Assembly: GCA_965242725.1 (NCBI GenBank)
Contig: CBDESZ010000030.1
Coordinates: 84,240 to 148,239, forward strand
Source of the DNA: Alkalispirochaeta sp.
GTDB lineage: Bacteria; Spirochaetota; Spirochaetia; DSM-27196; Alkalispirochaetaceae
Direction: 5' to 3'
Length of the DNA stretch: 64,000 nucleotides
How positions within the stretch are numbered: the first letter of the stretch is position 1; each line of letters opens with the position of its first letter. The notes under the pieces are model-generated. The model saw nothing but the letters and a program-made list of their open reading frames with translations. It was not told the DNA's origin and made no database searches. Of the stretch, positions 18,908 through 28,273 are shown one piece after another. Made by a program: the position numbers and the translations under genes.

Positions 18908-19453
18908 ATGAAACACGTACACGTACAAACCAGACGCCGTCCCGTCGCGGCAGTCGTCATCCTGGCGATCGCCGTGGTTGGGATCACCGCGCTTTTTGCG
19001 CCGTCCCTGCTCTGGGGGCAGACGACGCCTGAGATGCAGCAGGCCCGGGAAGAGACGCAGGTCGTCTACGATCTTGGCCGCTTTTTCGGCTACGTTCACG
19101 GGATGGTCACCGAGAAGGCCAACCTCGCCCTGACGGCGGCGCAAAAACGGGAAATCAAGTTGGTCATGGATGAAATCCTCAGTATGACCAGAATCGAGCC
19201 GCGATGGGCGGCGGAGAAACTGGAACACCTGGAACTCGACGTCCTGACGCCGGCGCAGCTCATGGAGGTGGACCGCCGGGCCATCGCGTGGCAGGAGAGT
19301 CGGGAAACGACGACGCCCGGTACAGGCGCGGGGGGCGGTACCGGAACCGGTCCGCTGAGCACCTACGTCGCCGGCGGCGCATTCAATCCGATCATTGATG
19401 CCGGCCGGACGATCGGCCAGGGGTTTCACGGGCTCTATGATATGTTGAAGTAG
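18908..19453 (+). CDS. Hypothetical exported protein in the efflux operon
   Basis: GGAGAG RBS; signal peptide; LTAAQK/LTPAQL helical repeats; Gly/Thr linker; FNP motif. Confidence 0.7.
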   Translation: MKHVHVQTRRRPVAAVVILAIAVVGITALFAPSLLWGQTTPEMQQAREETQVVYDLGRFFGYVHGMVTEKANLALTAAQKREIKLVMDEILSMTRIEPRWAAEKLEHLELDVLTPAQLMEVDRRAIAWQESRETTTPGTGAGGGTGTGPLSTYVAGGAFNPIIDAGRTIGQGFHGLYDMLK

Positions 19454-19544
19454 GGACATACCGAAACAGATCCTGCCCCGCCGGTTGCCACAGCCGCGCC
19501 TGTCGCCACAGTACCACAGCGGCAGGCGGCGACACCGCCGCAAC

Positions 19545-19558
19545 TTGACGTAGGTCAA
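19545..19558 (+). promoter_or_regulatory. Crp/Fnr-family (HcpR/Dnr-like) binding site of the hcp promoter
   Basis: TTGAC-GTAG-GTCAA palindrome centred about 41-42 nt upstream of the start implied by TACACT (19581-19586). Confidence 0.7.
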
Positions 19559-19620
19559 TTCTGACGACTCCTGAATCCGGTACACTGCCCCGGTAAATTC
19601 AACGATTAACAGGAGTCACC

Positions 19621-21339
19621 ATGAGTATGTTTTGTTTTCAATGTCAGGAAGCGGCGGCCAACGTCGGATGCACGGTGCGCGGGGTCTGCGGGAAGCAGGA
19701 GTCCACGGCAAACCTGCAGGACGTCCTCGTCTATTCCGCCCGCGGCCTCGCCCTTGCAGTGGACATGCTGCATCGGGCGGTAGAGATGAACGCCCGGGAG
19801 GACAACGGAGCCGGCGATGACCTCTACGGTGGAACAAGCCTCAGGGAAATTACCACAGAAAGCGGCAGAACGATCCTGCGGGCCCTCTTCACGACGGTCA
19901 CCAACGTCAGTTTTGACGACAAGCGCATAGCCGGGGTGATCGGACAGGTATTGCGGCAGAAGGACCTCGTAGTCCGACAGCTCCAGGCGGTATGCAAACA
20001 GGACCACGAGCTTCCCCGCCCGGTGCAGTGGCACGCCGATGAAAAGGACCTCGCCGCGTTGTACGCCATGATTCCGGAAGCGACGGTCAAGGCGGACACC
20101 AATGAGGACACCCGGGCACTGCGGGAGCTGGCAACCTATGGCCTCAAGGGAATCGCCGCCTACGGCGACCACGCCCTCATTCTGGGATATGAGGATTACG
20201 ATCTGTACCGTGAGATTGCGCGCCTCCTGGGAGCCACTGTGGAACTGGAGGATGCGGATGCTCTTACCCAGCTTGTCATGGATACGGGAAAGGCGGCCAT
20301 TCGGGTAATGGCACTCCTGGACAAAGCCAATACGGAAACATACGGTAATCCGGAAATCACCGAGGTCAACATCGGCGTCCGGAATAACCCGGCCATCCTC
20401 ATCTCCGGTCACGACCTGAAGGATATGCAGGAGCTTCTGGAACAGACTGAAGGCACCGGCGTGGACGTCTACACCCACGGCGAAATGCTGCCCGCCAACT
20501 ATTACCCCGCTTTCAAGAAGTACGACCACTTTGTGGGGAACTACGGCAACTCATGGTGGCTGCAGGACAAGGAATTTGCCGCCTTTAACGGCCCCATTCT
20601 CATGACCACCAACTGCATCACGCCCCCGAAGGATACCTACAAGGACCGAATCTTCACGACCGGACTTGTCGCCTTTCCCGGGGTCAAACACATCGCCGAC
20701 CGGTCGGACAAGCCGGGCGCAGGGAAAGACTTTTCCGAAATCATCGACATGGCGAAAGGGTGCCCTTCCCCGACGGAACTGGAAACGGGCTCCATCGTCG
20801 GCGGATTTGCCCACGCCCAGGTGACGGCCCTGGCCGACAAGGTGGTTGAAGCGGTAAAGTCCGGGGCGATCAGGAAGTTTGTCGTCATGGGCGGGTGTGA
20901 CGGTCGTCAGAAAGGCAGAAGCTATTTCACCGACATGGCCGAGGCACTCCCCCGGGATACGGTGATCCTCACCGCCGGGTGCGCCAAATTCCGGTACAAC
21001 AAGCTCGATCTGGGCGATATCGGCGGCATTCCCCGCGTCCTGGACGCAGGCCAGTGCAACGACAGCTACTCCCTGGCGATGATCGCCCTCAAGCTCAAGG
21101 AAGTCTTTGAACTGGAAGACATTAACGACCTGCCCATAGACTTCGACATCGCCTGGTACGAGCAGAAGGCGGTCACCGTCCTCCTGGCTCTGCTGGCGCT
21201 GGGATTCAAGGGCGTGCGCATCGGCCCCACCCTGCCCGCCTTTGTCAGTCCCGCGGTAGCCGACGTTCTGGTCAGGAACTTTGATCTGAAGGTTATTACG
21301 ACGGTGGAAGAGGACCTGCAGGCGATAATGGGAGCGTAA
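19621..21339 (+). CDS. hcp: Hybrid cluster protein (hydroxylamine/NO reductase)
   Basis: MFCFQCQE...[52 protein letters not shown]. Confidence 0.97.
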   Translation: MSMFCFQCQEAAANVGCTVRGVCGKQESTANLQDVLVYSARGLALAVDMLHRAVEMNAREDNGAGDDLYGGTSLREITTESGRTILRALFTTVTNVSFDDKRIAGVIGQVLRQKDLVVRQLQAVCKQDHELPRPVQWHADEKDLAALYAMIPEATVKADTNEDTRALRELATYGLKGIAAYGDHALILGYEDYDLYREIARLLGATVELEDADALTQLVMDTGKAAIRVMALLDKANTETYGNPEITEVNIGVRNNPAILISGHDLKDMQELLEQTEGTGVDVYTHGEMLPANYYPAFKKYDHFVGNYGNSWWLQDKEFAAFNGPILMTTNCITPPKDTYKDRIFTTGLVAFPGVKHIADRSDKPGAGKDFSEIIDMAKGCPSPTELETGSIVGGFAHAQVTALADKVVEAVKSGAIRKFVVMGGCDGRQKGRSYFTDMAEALPRDTVILTAGCAKFRYNKLDLGDIGGIPRVLDAGQCNDSYSLAMIALKLKEVFELEDINDLPIDFDIAWYEQKAVTVLLALLALGFKGVRIGPTLPAFVSPAVADVLVRNFDLKVITTVEEDLQAIMGA

Positions 21340-21363
21340 AGGGGAAGGCCGGGGGCGACGGAT

Positions 21364-21389
21364 CGGCAGGGCGGCGAAACGCCCTGCCG
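21364..21389. terminator. GC hairpin between convergent genes
   Basis: CGGCAGGGCG-GCGAAA-CGCCCTGCCG perfect 10-bp stem; no U tract. Confidence 0.55.
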
Positions 21390-21438
21390 CCACCCGGTGT
21401 ACCCCCTGTACCACCCGGTGAGCCGGTTTTCAACGGGC

Positions 21439-22416
21439 CTATTGCCAGCGTATCACACCCTTTACATATCCATTTTCTTTGGAAAGGCCGTCGGCGTACA
21501 ACGCGGCGGCCTCTTCCGGTCCGCCCACATGGGTCACCAGCGGTGCAAGATCCACCCGACCCGACTCGATGAGGGGGACGCTCCGACGAAAACAATCGGC
21601 AAAATCGGGGGCTGCGGCGGGAGAGGTGTTGAGCACGGTAATTCCCCGGACGTGCCAATCGCCGAAATCAAAGGTCATGTCGTGATGGTGCCACGAAAAG
21701 ATCCCCAGGGTACCGCCTGTACGCACCAGGGAGTTTGCCAGTCGAAATGCGGGCTCAACGGCGGCTGTCTCAAAGACGATGTCAAAACTCCCCATGAGCT
21801 CGTCGGGGACGGCGCCGTCGTTCAGATCGTAGACCTCCACCAGCCCGTCGGGGCCGACGGTGCGGGCAAACTCGAGGGATTCCTTTTTCAGATCAAAGAC
21901 GGCAATACGGGACGCCGGACTCATTGCCAGAAGCTGCAACAGAATACTTCCCATGAATCCGCTGCCCACGAGGGCAACACGCATACCCGGACGAATCGGC
22001 GCCAGATCCACCGCGTTGACGCAGCACGCGACCGGCTCGATCATCCAGTGCTCGGCGGGCTTTCCGTCATCAGGCAGCGGAATGACTTCGTTTTCCCGCT
22101 GAATTGCGTACTCCGCCATATGTCCCGTTCCGAGGGCGCCGATATCCCGGCTCTCCCGGAGGGCGATACGGTCTCCCCGCTTGAATCGCGTGACCTGGGG
22201 GCCCGTCTTCTCCACGGTGCCCACTCCCTCGTGACCGAAGTAGAAGGGGTAGTCCTTGAAGGAACGGAATCCGCCGCTGTAAATGAAAAGATCCCACGTA
22301 CATATTCCGCACGCGTCCACCTTCACAAGCAGCTCATACGGTCCCGGTTCGGGGATATCAATCTCCCGGAGCTCCAGCTTCCGCTCCCCGACATACCAGA
22401 GGGTCTTTGACTTCAT
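21439..22416 (-). CDS. Zn-dependent medium-chain (polyol/sugar) dehydrogenase
   Basis: CGICTWD, FGHEGVG, IEPVAC, VGSGFMG; lacks the structural-Zn Cys loop. Confidence 0.85.
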   Translation of the reverse strand: MKSKTLWYVGERKLELREIDIPEPGPYELLVKVDACGICTWDLFIYSGGFRSFKDYPFYFGHEGVGTVEKTGPQVTRFKRGDRIALRESRDIGALGTGHMAEYAIQRENEVIPLPDDGKPAEHWMIEPVACCVNAVDLAPIRPGMRVALVGSGFMGSILLQLLAMSPASRIAVFDLKKESLEFARTVGPDGLVEVYDLNDGAVPDELMGSFDIVFETAAVEPAFRLANSLVRTGGTLGIFSWHHHDMTFDFGDWHVRGITVLNTSPAAAPDFADCFRRSVPLIESGRVDLAPLVTHVGGPEEAAALYADGLSKENGYVKGVIRWQ

Positions 22417-22419
22417 GGA

Positions 22420-23352
22420 TTACTGCTCCCGCAATCGGTCGATGTAGACGGCGCCGATAATGATCACACCCCGGGCAAGTTCCTGAAAGTAGGGAGAGAT
22501 ACCGAGGAGGTTCATACCGTTGTTGATGACGGCGATGAGAAGGGCGCCGACCAGTGATCCCCACACGCTTCCCCGTCCACCGCTGAGGCTCGTTCCTCCG
22601 ATGACGACGGCGGCGATGACGGTCAGTTCATAGGTGAGTCCCGCAGTCGGACCGGCGGAGTTCAACCGGGACGTCAATATCAGGGCACTGATCGCCGCAG
22701 TGGCACCGGAAATGACGTAAACCATGGTCTTGTAAAAATTGCTCTTGATACCGGAAAGCTTGACCGTCTCCTCGTTGCCGCCGATGGCGTAGGTGTACCG
22801 ACCGAGACGCGTCTGCGTCAGTACCAGCCAGGCGAGAAATACGACGAGGAGTAGCATGAATACCGGAAAGGGCAGACCCAGAATCGCGCCGCCGCCGATA
22901 TACCGGAACGCGTCGGTAAATCCGCTGATGGGATATCCCTGACTGTAAATGAGGGTGACACCCCGCGCGATACTCATCATACCGAGGGTGACGACAAAGG
23001 GCGTGATGCCCGCCCTGGTCACCAGCAGTCCGTTGATCAGGCCCGCAACGATACCGACGGCGAGACCGATGAGGATGGCGACAAACATGCTGCCCCCATT
23101 TTGCATCGACCCTGCCGCGATCATACCGGAAACGGCGAGGATGGAACCGACGGAAAGGTCGATTCCCCCGGAGAGTATGACGAAGGTCACTCCCACCGCC
23201 ATTATCCCGATGATGGAAGACTGCCGTACCACGTTGAGGAGGTTGGAGGGCGTAAGAAAGTGGGGAGTAAGAATCGTCAGTACAATACAGACCAGCACAA
23301 AGGCGATGATCATTCCATAGTTCTTGAGTATATGTGTCATTCGTTCCTTCAT
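22420..23352 (-). CDS. Monosaccharide ABC transporter permease (RbsC-like)
   Basis: GGIDLSVGS, GRYTYAIGGNEE, VIGGTSLSGGRG. Confidence 0.93.
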   Translation of the reverse strand: MKERMTHILKNYGMIIAFVLVCIVLTILTPHFLTPSNLLNVVRQSSIIGIMAVGVTFVILSGGIDLSVGSILAVSGMIAAGSMQNGGSMFVAILIGLAVGIVAGLINGLLVTRAGITPFVVTLGMMSIARGVTLIYSQGYPISGFTDAFRYIGGGAILGLPFPVFMLLLVVFLAWLVLTQTRLGRYTYAIGGNEETVKLSGIKSNFYKTMVYVISGATAAISALILTSRLNSAGPTAGLTYELTVIAAVVIGGTSLSGGRGSVWGSLVGALLIAVINNGMNLLGISPYFQELARGVIIIGAVYIDRLREQ

Positions 23353-23371
23353 CGACTTGCTCCTGTTAAGG

Positions 23372-24868
23372 TTATGAGGCGTCCTGGGTCAGGCCGAAAG
23401 CCGCCCGCATAATCATCTCCTCCGTCGCCTGTCCGTGGAGAAATTCACCGGTAATCCTGCCGTTATGAACGACGATGATCCGGTCGCTTATATTCATGAC
23501 TTCCGGGAGTTCTGAAGAGATCATAATGATTGCAGCCCCTTCCTTCGCGAGACGCTGCATCAGTTTGTAAATCTCAACTTTCGCGCCGACGTCGATACCC
23601 CGGGTGGGCTCGTCAAAAATGTAGATCTTCGCCTTGCGAATGAACCATTTTGACAACACGACCTTCTGCTGATTTCCGCCGGAGAGGTTCTTTACCGTCT
23701 GACGCAACGACGGCGTTCGCACGCCGATGAGCTCAACGATCTCCCGGATCGCCTTGCCCAGTCTGGAATAGTTGATGCGCCCCAGTTTGCTGAAGCTGTT
23801 CAGAACAGGAAGCGCCACGTTATCAAAGACCGACTGGCCGAGAACGAGGCCCTGTTCCTTTCGCTCTTCAGGGATGAGGGCAATACCGTTTCGAACGGCG
23901 TCGGATGTACCGGTTATGCGCGCTTCCGTCTCTTCAAGGAACACCTTCCCGCCGTCTTTCTTCAGATATCCGAAAATAAGCTGGGCAATCTCGGTGCGTC
24001 CCGCTCCGACGAGGCCGGATATTCCGAGAATTTCCCCTTTCTGTACGGAGAAGGAGACGTCATGACAGATACCCGTCTTTGTAAGACCTTCAACACGCAG
24101 GGCTTCACCGCCGGTCTCTATCTTCTCCTTGGGATACTGTTCATCAAGGTTCCGTCCCACCATGTCGGTGATAATTCCGTCGATCGTCACCTCTTCAAGA
24201 GGCTTTGACGAGACTTTCCTGCCGTCACGCAGGACGGTGACGCGATTTGCCACCCGCCAGATCTCCTCCAGCCGGTGAGAGATATAGACGAGCGATACTC
24301 CGTCACCCTGCAGTTTTTTAATGACCGCAAAGAGGCGGTCCACCTCATGCCCGGTCAACGCCGCCGTCGGCTCGTCCATGACAAGAATTTCCGCGTTGAG
24401 GGAAAGCGCTTTGACGATCTCCACAACCTGCTGATACGCCGGGCCGATGGAGGATACCCGGGTAAACGGTTTAAGGGGAACATCAAAGGGCTCTATCAGG
24501 TCGGTAAAATTCCGGGCCATCGTTTTCCAGTCGATCAACCCCGAGGGTAACAGAGGCTCCCTTCCAAGAAAGACGTTTTCTGCAAGCGTCAAATGGGGAA
24601 TAAGGTTCAGTTCCTGATAAATGACGGCAACTCCCGCCTCGATCATCGAACGCGTCCCCGTCGGCTCAACAACATCACCCTTGAGTCGAATGATTCCCGA
24701 GTCGGCCCGGTGCACCCCCGCGAGAATTTTCATAAGCGTCGATTTCCCGGCGCCGTTCTCGCCGACGAGGGCGTGAACATCACCTTTCTCAAGATCGAAA
24801 TCGACTTCTTCAAGGGCCTTTACTCCAGGAAAGGACTTTGTTATCCCTTCCATACTCAATAACGGCAC
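23372..24868 (-). CDS. Monosaccharide ABC transporter ATP-binding protein (RbsA-like)
   Basis: GENGAGKST, MDEPT, LSGGNQQKV, FDEPTRGIDVGAK. Confidence 0.95.
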   Translation of the reverse strand: MPLLSMEGITKSFPGVKALEEVDFDLEKGDVHALVGENGAGKSTLMKILAGVHRADSGIIRLKGDVVEPTGTRSMIEAGVAVIYQELNLIPHLTLAENVFLGREPLLPSGLIDWKTMARNFTDLIEPFDVPLKPFTRVSSIGPAYQQVVEIVKALSLNAEILVMDEPTAALTGHEVDRLFAVIKKLQGDGVSLVYISHRLEEIWRVANRVTVLRDGRKVSSKPLEEVTIDGIITDMVGRNLDEQYPKEKIETGGEALRVEGLTKTGICHDVSFSVQKGEILGISGLVGAGRTEIAQLIFGYLKKDGGKVFLEETEARITGTSDAVRNGIALIPEERKEQGLVLGQSVFDNVALPVLNSFSKLGRINYSRLGKAIREIVELIGVRTPSLRQTVKNLSGGNQQKVVLSKWFIRKAKIYIFDEPTRGIDVGAKVEIYKLMQRLAKEGAAIIMISSELPEVMNISDRIIVVHNGRITGEFLHGQATEEMIMRAAFGLTQDAS

Positions 24869-24926
24869 TCATACCTCCTTATACGAAAACAGACGGCGTC
24901 GGCCGAATATTCTCGATTATTTCGGG

Positions 24927-25039
24927 TGCCGCAAGGCGGCATGCGAAACAAAACGGGAACGGCCGACACACGGTCGGCCGCCGGCGTAAGGAGGCGCCGC
25001 ACGGCCGGTCGCGAGGGACCGGCGTGCATGCGCCGCCTT
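24927..25039. other. Multi-hairpin intercistronic structure between the SBP and ATPase genes
   Basis: Hairpins CGGCCGAC/GTCGGCCG, CGGCG/CGCCG and GCCGGTC/GACCGGC enclosed by AAGGCGGC/GCCGCCTT. Confidence 0.5.
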
Positions 25040-25056
25040 CACATTCGCCGATTCGA

Positions 25057-25983
25057 TTACCGGCTCGTTACCGGCTCGGGACTGATGTAAATGACATCGT
25101 TTTCCGGGTCGGTTCCGTTGTTGATCTTCTCTACCAGATAGCGTAATGCCTGTCCCGCCTGCTGGCCAGGAAACTGGTCGATCGTCGCGTCAAGAAGGCC
25201 TTCTTCGATATAGGAAAAGGCGTCCGGTGTTGCGTCAAATCCGACGGTTACCTTGCTCGCTGCGTCGATCCCGCTTCCGCGCATCGCTTCGATCGCACCG
25301 ATGATCATCTCGTCGTTTGCACCGAAAACCGCGTCAAAATCGGGATTCGCCTGAATGAGGTTTTCCATGACCGTTTGCGCCTGGGCGCGGTTGAAGTCTG
25401 CGGGCTGGCTTGCGATGACTTCCACATCGGACTGGCTCATCACTTCGTTGAATCCCTGTGAGCGGTCGATAGCCGCAGAGGCGCCGGGAGTTCCTTCGAG
25501 TTCGATGACCCGTCCTGAGCCGCCGAGCTGTTCGATGATATAACGCGCTGCGGCACGGCCGCCCTCGACGTTGTCCGCACCGACGTGTACGAGAATCCTG
25601 TCAGTATTGGCTTTGCGGTCGACGGAAGCAACGGGAATGCCCGCTTCAACGGCGCGCTCCATCACGGGGACCTGAGAGTCTACGGTGATGGGTGAGATCA
25701 GGATGGCGTCCACGCCCCGGGAGATGAAACTCTCGATGTCGGCAGTCTGCTTTGCCGAGTCATTTTGACCGTCCGCAAAGACGATACGGGCACCGAGTTC
25801 CGCGGCAGCTTCTTCCGCCTGATCACGCATGGTGACGAAGAACGGAAACTGCAGGCCCGGTACGGACATGCCGATCACAATTTCGCCGTCGTCGGCTTGT
25901 TCGCCGCGACCCGCTGCAAATGCTCCGAGGGGAGCCAACATTGCCAATACAATAGTGAGTAGAAGGATTTTCTTCATATTCAT
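25057..25983 (-). CDS. Monosaccharide ABC transporter substrate-binding protein (RbsB-like)
   Basis: Signal peptide; QFPFF, VDR, GADNVEGG, ADFNR, ANDEM, GFDAT. Confidence 0.93.
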   Translation of the reverse strand: MNMKKILLLTIVLAMLAPLGAFAAGRGEQADDGEIVIGMSVPGLQFPFFVTMRDQAEEAAAELGARIVFADGQNDSAKQTADIESFISRGVDAILISPITVDSQVPVMERAVEAGIPVASVDRKANTDRILVHVGADNVEGGRAAARYIIEQLGGSGRVIELEGTPGASAAIDRSQGFNEVMSQSDVEVIASQPADFNRAQAQTVMENLIQANPDFDAVFGANDEMIIGAIEAMRGSGIDAASKVTVGFDATPDAFSYIEEGLLDATIDQFPGQQAGQALRYLVEKINNGTDPENDVIYISPEPVTSR

Positions 25984-26095
25984 CTCCTTTTTTGATCTGA
26001 AAAATAGTACCTACAACCGTTACACGTTGCGATGACGCGTCAATTCAACACATCACCTATGTTTCTCTGCACTCTCCGTTCCGGCATCACCTCCT

Positions 26096-27298
26096 TTACG
26101 CCTTTGGTCCGAAGTGTTTCAGGATAACCAGATTTTCATATTCGCTCTTGTTTGTTATGACGACGCCCTTTCCTGCGGCGTCTGCAGTGACGAAGAACTC
26201 GTCTTCCGTCATTTCACCAAATCGAATCATCGACGGCGAGTTGGTGGTGAGTGGTCCGAACGAGCCGTACCCCTGTATGACGATCGCGCCGTAGGCGGCG
26301 TCATCGACTATTTTTACGGACCGCCCGGGCAGCACCGTCAACTCCTTGGCGCTGAAGTATTCGCTCTTGTAGGTGATCCACATCTCTTCATAGCCGGCCT
26401 CACGCATCTCCTCGATGTCCGACACCGGCTTGGGCGGGCTGAAACGGTTCTGGTAGAGATCGGGATCTACATTGAGGTCCCACTCGATGAGACTCATGAT
26501 GAAATCGAGATCGTGCTTCTTGTCCTGGGGGACGTTTTTGACAAGCAGCTCCCAGGGTGTGTAGGAATCCCACACGATGGACTGGAACATCGCAAATACG
26601 TCGGACGCGCGCTGCGGTTCATAGGTCAGGAATGAACCGGGTGCGTGCAGGAGCCCCGGCGGAACGTCCCAGCCCGTTCCGGGAACGAGCTTGTATGCCC
26701 GTGAAAGATCAAGAATTCCGTTGTCACCGGTGTGCCAGTTTTCAAGGGTCTTCCTCACCTGGTCGGGAGTGACGCCGGGATTGAATCCAAAGAATGTATA
26801 GGGGAAATATCCCCGCTTGTTGTTCAGCTGCTTCGGGAAGTAATAGGCTTCCGGTTTTCCCCGCATTCCGACAAGGGCCGCTTTTTCATCGGTCTGATGC
26901 AGGTGATGCGGCAGTGGCTCGAGGTTGTCAAAAAATTTGCTGTACATCGTCCATCCGCCGTGCGCGGACATGACATCCTGACCGAGTATTTCATCTCCGA
27001 TCTCGTCAATCACTTCCTTGAGGAGGACTTTGTTCCCGTCCCCTTCCGAACCGGTGACGACATAGCTTAACCCCTCGTCTTCAAGGGTCTCCGGACCGTT
27101 GTCGGCGCGGGTCGTCGATGCGAACCACCGCTCGTCTATGCCACCGCGATGGGCGCCGAATGCATAGTAGTCATCGGGGTGCAATTTCAGACGCTTCCCG
27201 GGGATGCAAAAGGAGCGGGGCACCCACGTCGGTGCCAGACGGACAACACCTTCGCCCCGTTTCAGCGATTCCCTGACGCGTTCAATCTTGTTGGCCAT
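26096..27298 (-). CDS. Uncharacterised cupin protein, type I phosphomannose-isomerase-like (paralog A)
   Basis: ERWF, SKFFDNLEPLPHHLH, GKPEAYYFP, LHAPGS..TYEPQ..SD metal-binding cupin motifs. Confidence 0.75.
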   Translation of the reverse strand: MANKIERVRESLKRGEGVVRLAPTWVPRSFCIPGKRLKLHPDDYYAFGAHRGGIDERWFASTTRADNGPETLEDEGLSYVVTGSEGDGNKVLLKEVIDEIGDEILGQDVMSAHGGWTMYSKFFDNLEPLPHHLHQTDEKAALVGMRGKPEAYYFPKQLNNKRGYFPYTFFGFNPGVTPDQVRKTLENWHTGDNGILDLSRAYKLVPGTGWDVPPGLLHAPGSFLTYEPQRASDVFAMFQSIVWDSYTPWELLVKNVPQDKKHDLDFIMSLIEWDLNVDPDLYQNRFSPPKPVSDIEEMREAGYEEMWITYKSEYFSAKELTVLPGRSVKIVDDAAYGAIVIQGYGSFGPLTTNSPSMIRFGEMTEDEFFVTADAAGKGVVITNKSEYENLVILKHFGPKA

Positions 27299-27334
27299 GA
27301 TTCTCTCCCCTCAACCTGTCGTCGAAACTGTTTG

Positions 27335-27368
27335 TGAAAACGATACCACGACCCAAAATGGCTGTCAA
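27335..27368 (-). promoter_or_regulatory. Sigma70 promoter with an overlapping LacI-type operator
   Basis: Minus strand TTGACA-17-TATCGT; operator TGAAAACGATACCA at 27335-27348. Confidence 0.65.
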
Positions 27369-27394
27369 ATTTTTTCTCCCTATCTTTTTCGCGT

Positions 27395-28273
27395 TTAATA
27401 CACCGGTATTTCCCGATCCGCCTGATCCATAAGATTTTTCAGCCACGTTCTGGCTGCCGGGAGGAACGCGACGTCGCCGTCACGGTTCCACATCTCCATG
27501 AGGAAGTGACCGGCGTAATTCCACCGTTTCAGGACGCGGAAGAGACGGAGAAAATCCACACAACCCTCGCCAAAGGGGACGTCCCGGAACTTCCCCGCCG
27601 ATGATGCGGTTACCGGATGGGTATCCTTGAGATGGATCGCCGAAATGATTCCCTCCGTGAGTCCCAGTTCCAGTTCTTCCGCCGCATTGTCGTTCCAGGC
27701 GGAGAGATTTCCAAGGTCGGGGTAGACCGTCAGCCAGGGAGACGGGATGCGTCGTTTCACGTAGAGAAAACGGGAGATTGAGCTCATGTACCGGGTGTCC
27801 ATGATCTCCACCGCGAGGGTCACGCCCCGGGTCGCCGCGTAGGCGACCGCTTCCGCAAGATGGACGACAAATCGTTCCCGTGACTCGGGGGTGCTTTCCT
27901 CGTCGTAATAGACGTCGTATCCGGCGACCTGAATGATTCTCACGCCGATATCGCCGGCGAGGTCAATCGCCCGGTACATGAGTCCCACCCCTTCCGCGGC
28001 GATTTTCGGATCGCCGCTTCCCATGGGAAAGCGGCGGTTTCCGCTGAGGCATATGGAGGGAACACGCACTCCGCTTGTTGCCACGACATCGCGGAACGCC
28101 TGGCGTTCGACCTGCGTCCACCGGAGTCTTGAGAGCCGTTGGTCCGACTCATCTATGGACATTTCCAGAAAGTCGAAACCCAGGTCGCGGGTCTGTCGCA
28201 ACAGGACGGGCCACTTCGCCGGCGGCAACGCCTTCTCGTAGAGACCGAAGGGAAGCGTGGCGAGATCAGGCAT
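27395..28273 (-). CDS. ulaE: L-ribulose-5-phosphate 3-epimerase (L-xylulose-5-P 3-epimerase)
   Basis: GLYEKALP, FLEMSIDESDQRL, CLSGNRRFP, AGYDVYY, VEIMDT, YPDLGNL, HLKDT, EMW. Confidence 0.92.
   Translation of the reverse strand: MPDLATLPFGLYEKALPPAKWPVLLRQTRDLGFDFLEMSIDESDQRLSRLRWTQVERQAFRDVVATSGVRVPSICLSGNRRFPMGSGDPKIAAEGVGLMYRAIDLAGDIGVRIIQVAGYDVYYDEESTPESRERFVVHLAEAVAYAATRGVTLAVEIMDTRYMSSISRFLYVKRRIPSPWLTVYPDLGNLSAWNDNAAEELELGLTEGIISAIHLKDTHPVTASSAGKFRDVPFGEGCVDFLRLFRVLKRWNYAGHFLMEMWNRDGDVAFLPAARTWLKNLMDQADREIPVY

Noticed and set aside
19488..19540. CCACAG short repeats and GC stems upstream of hcp as a CRISPR or ncRNA
   Set aside because: Repeats too short and irregular; no spacers or cas genes
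21397..22410. 337-aa plus-strand ORF
   Set aside because: Antisense to the Zn dehydrogenase
26012..26025. Possible fourth LacI operator upstream of the SBP gene
   Set aside because: TACAACCGTTACAC matches the consensus only weakly
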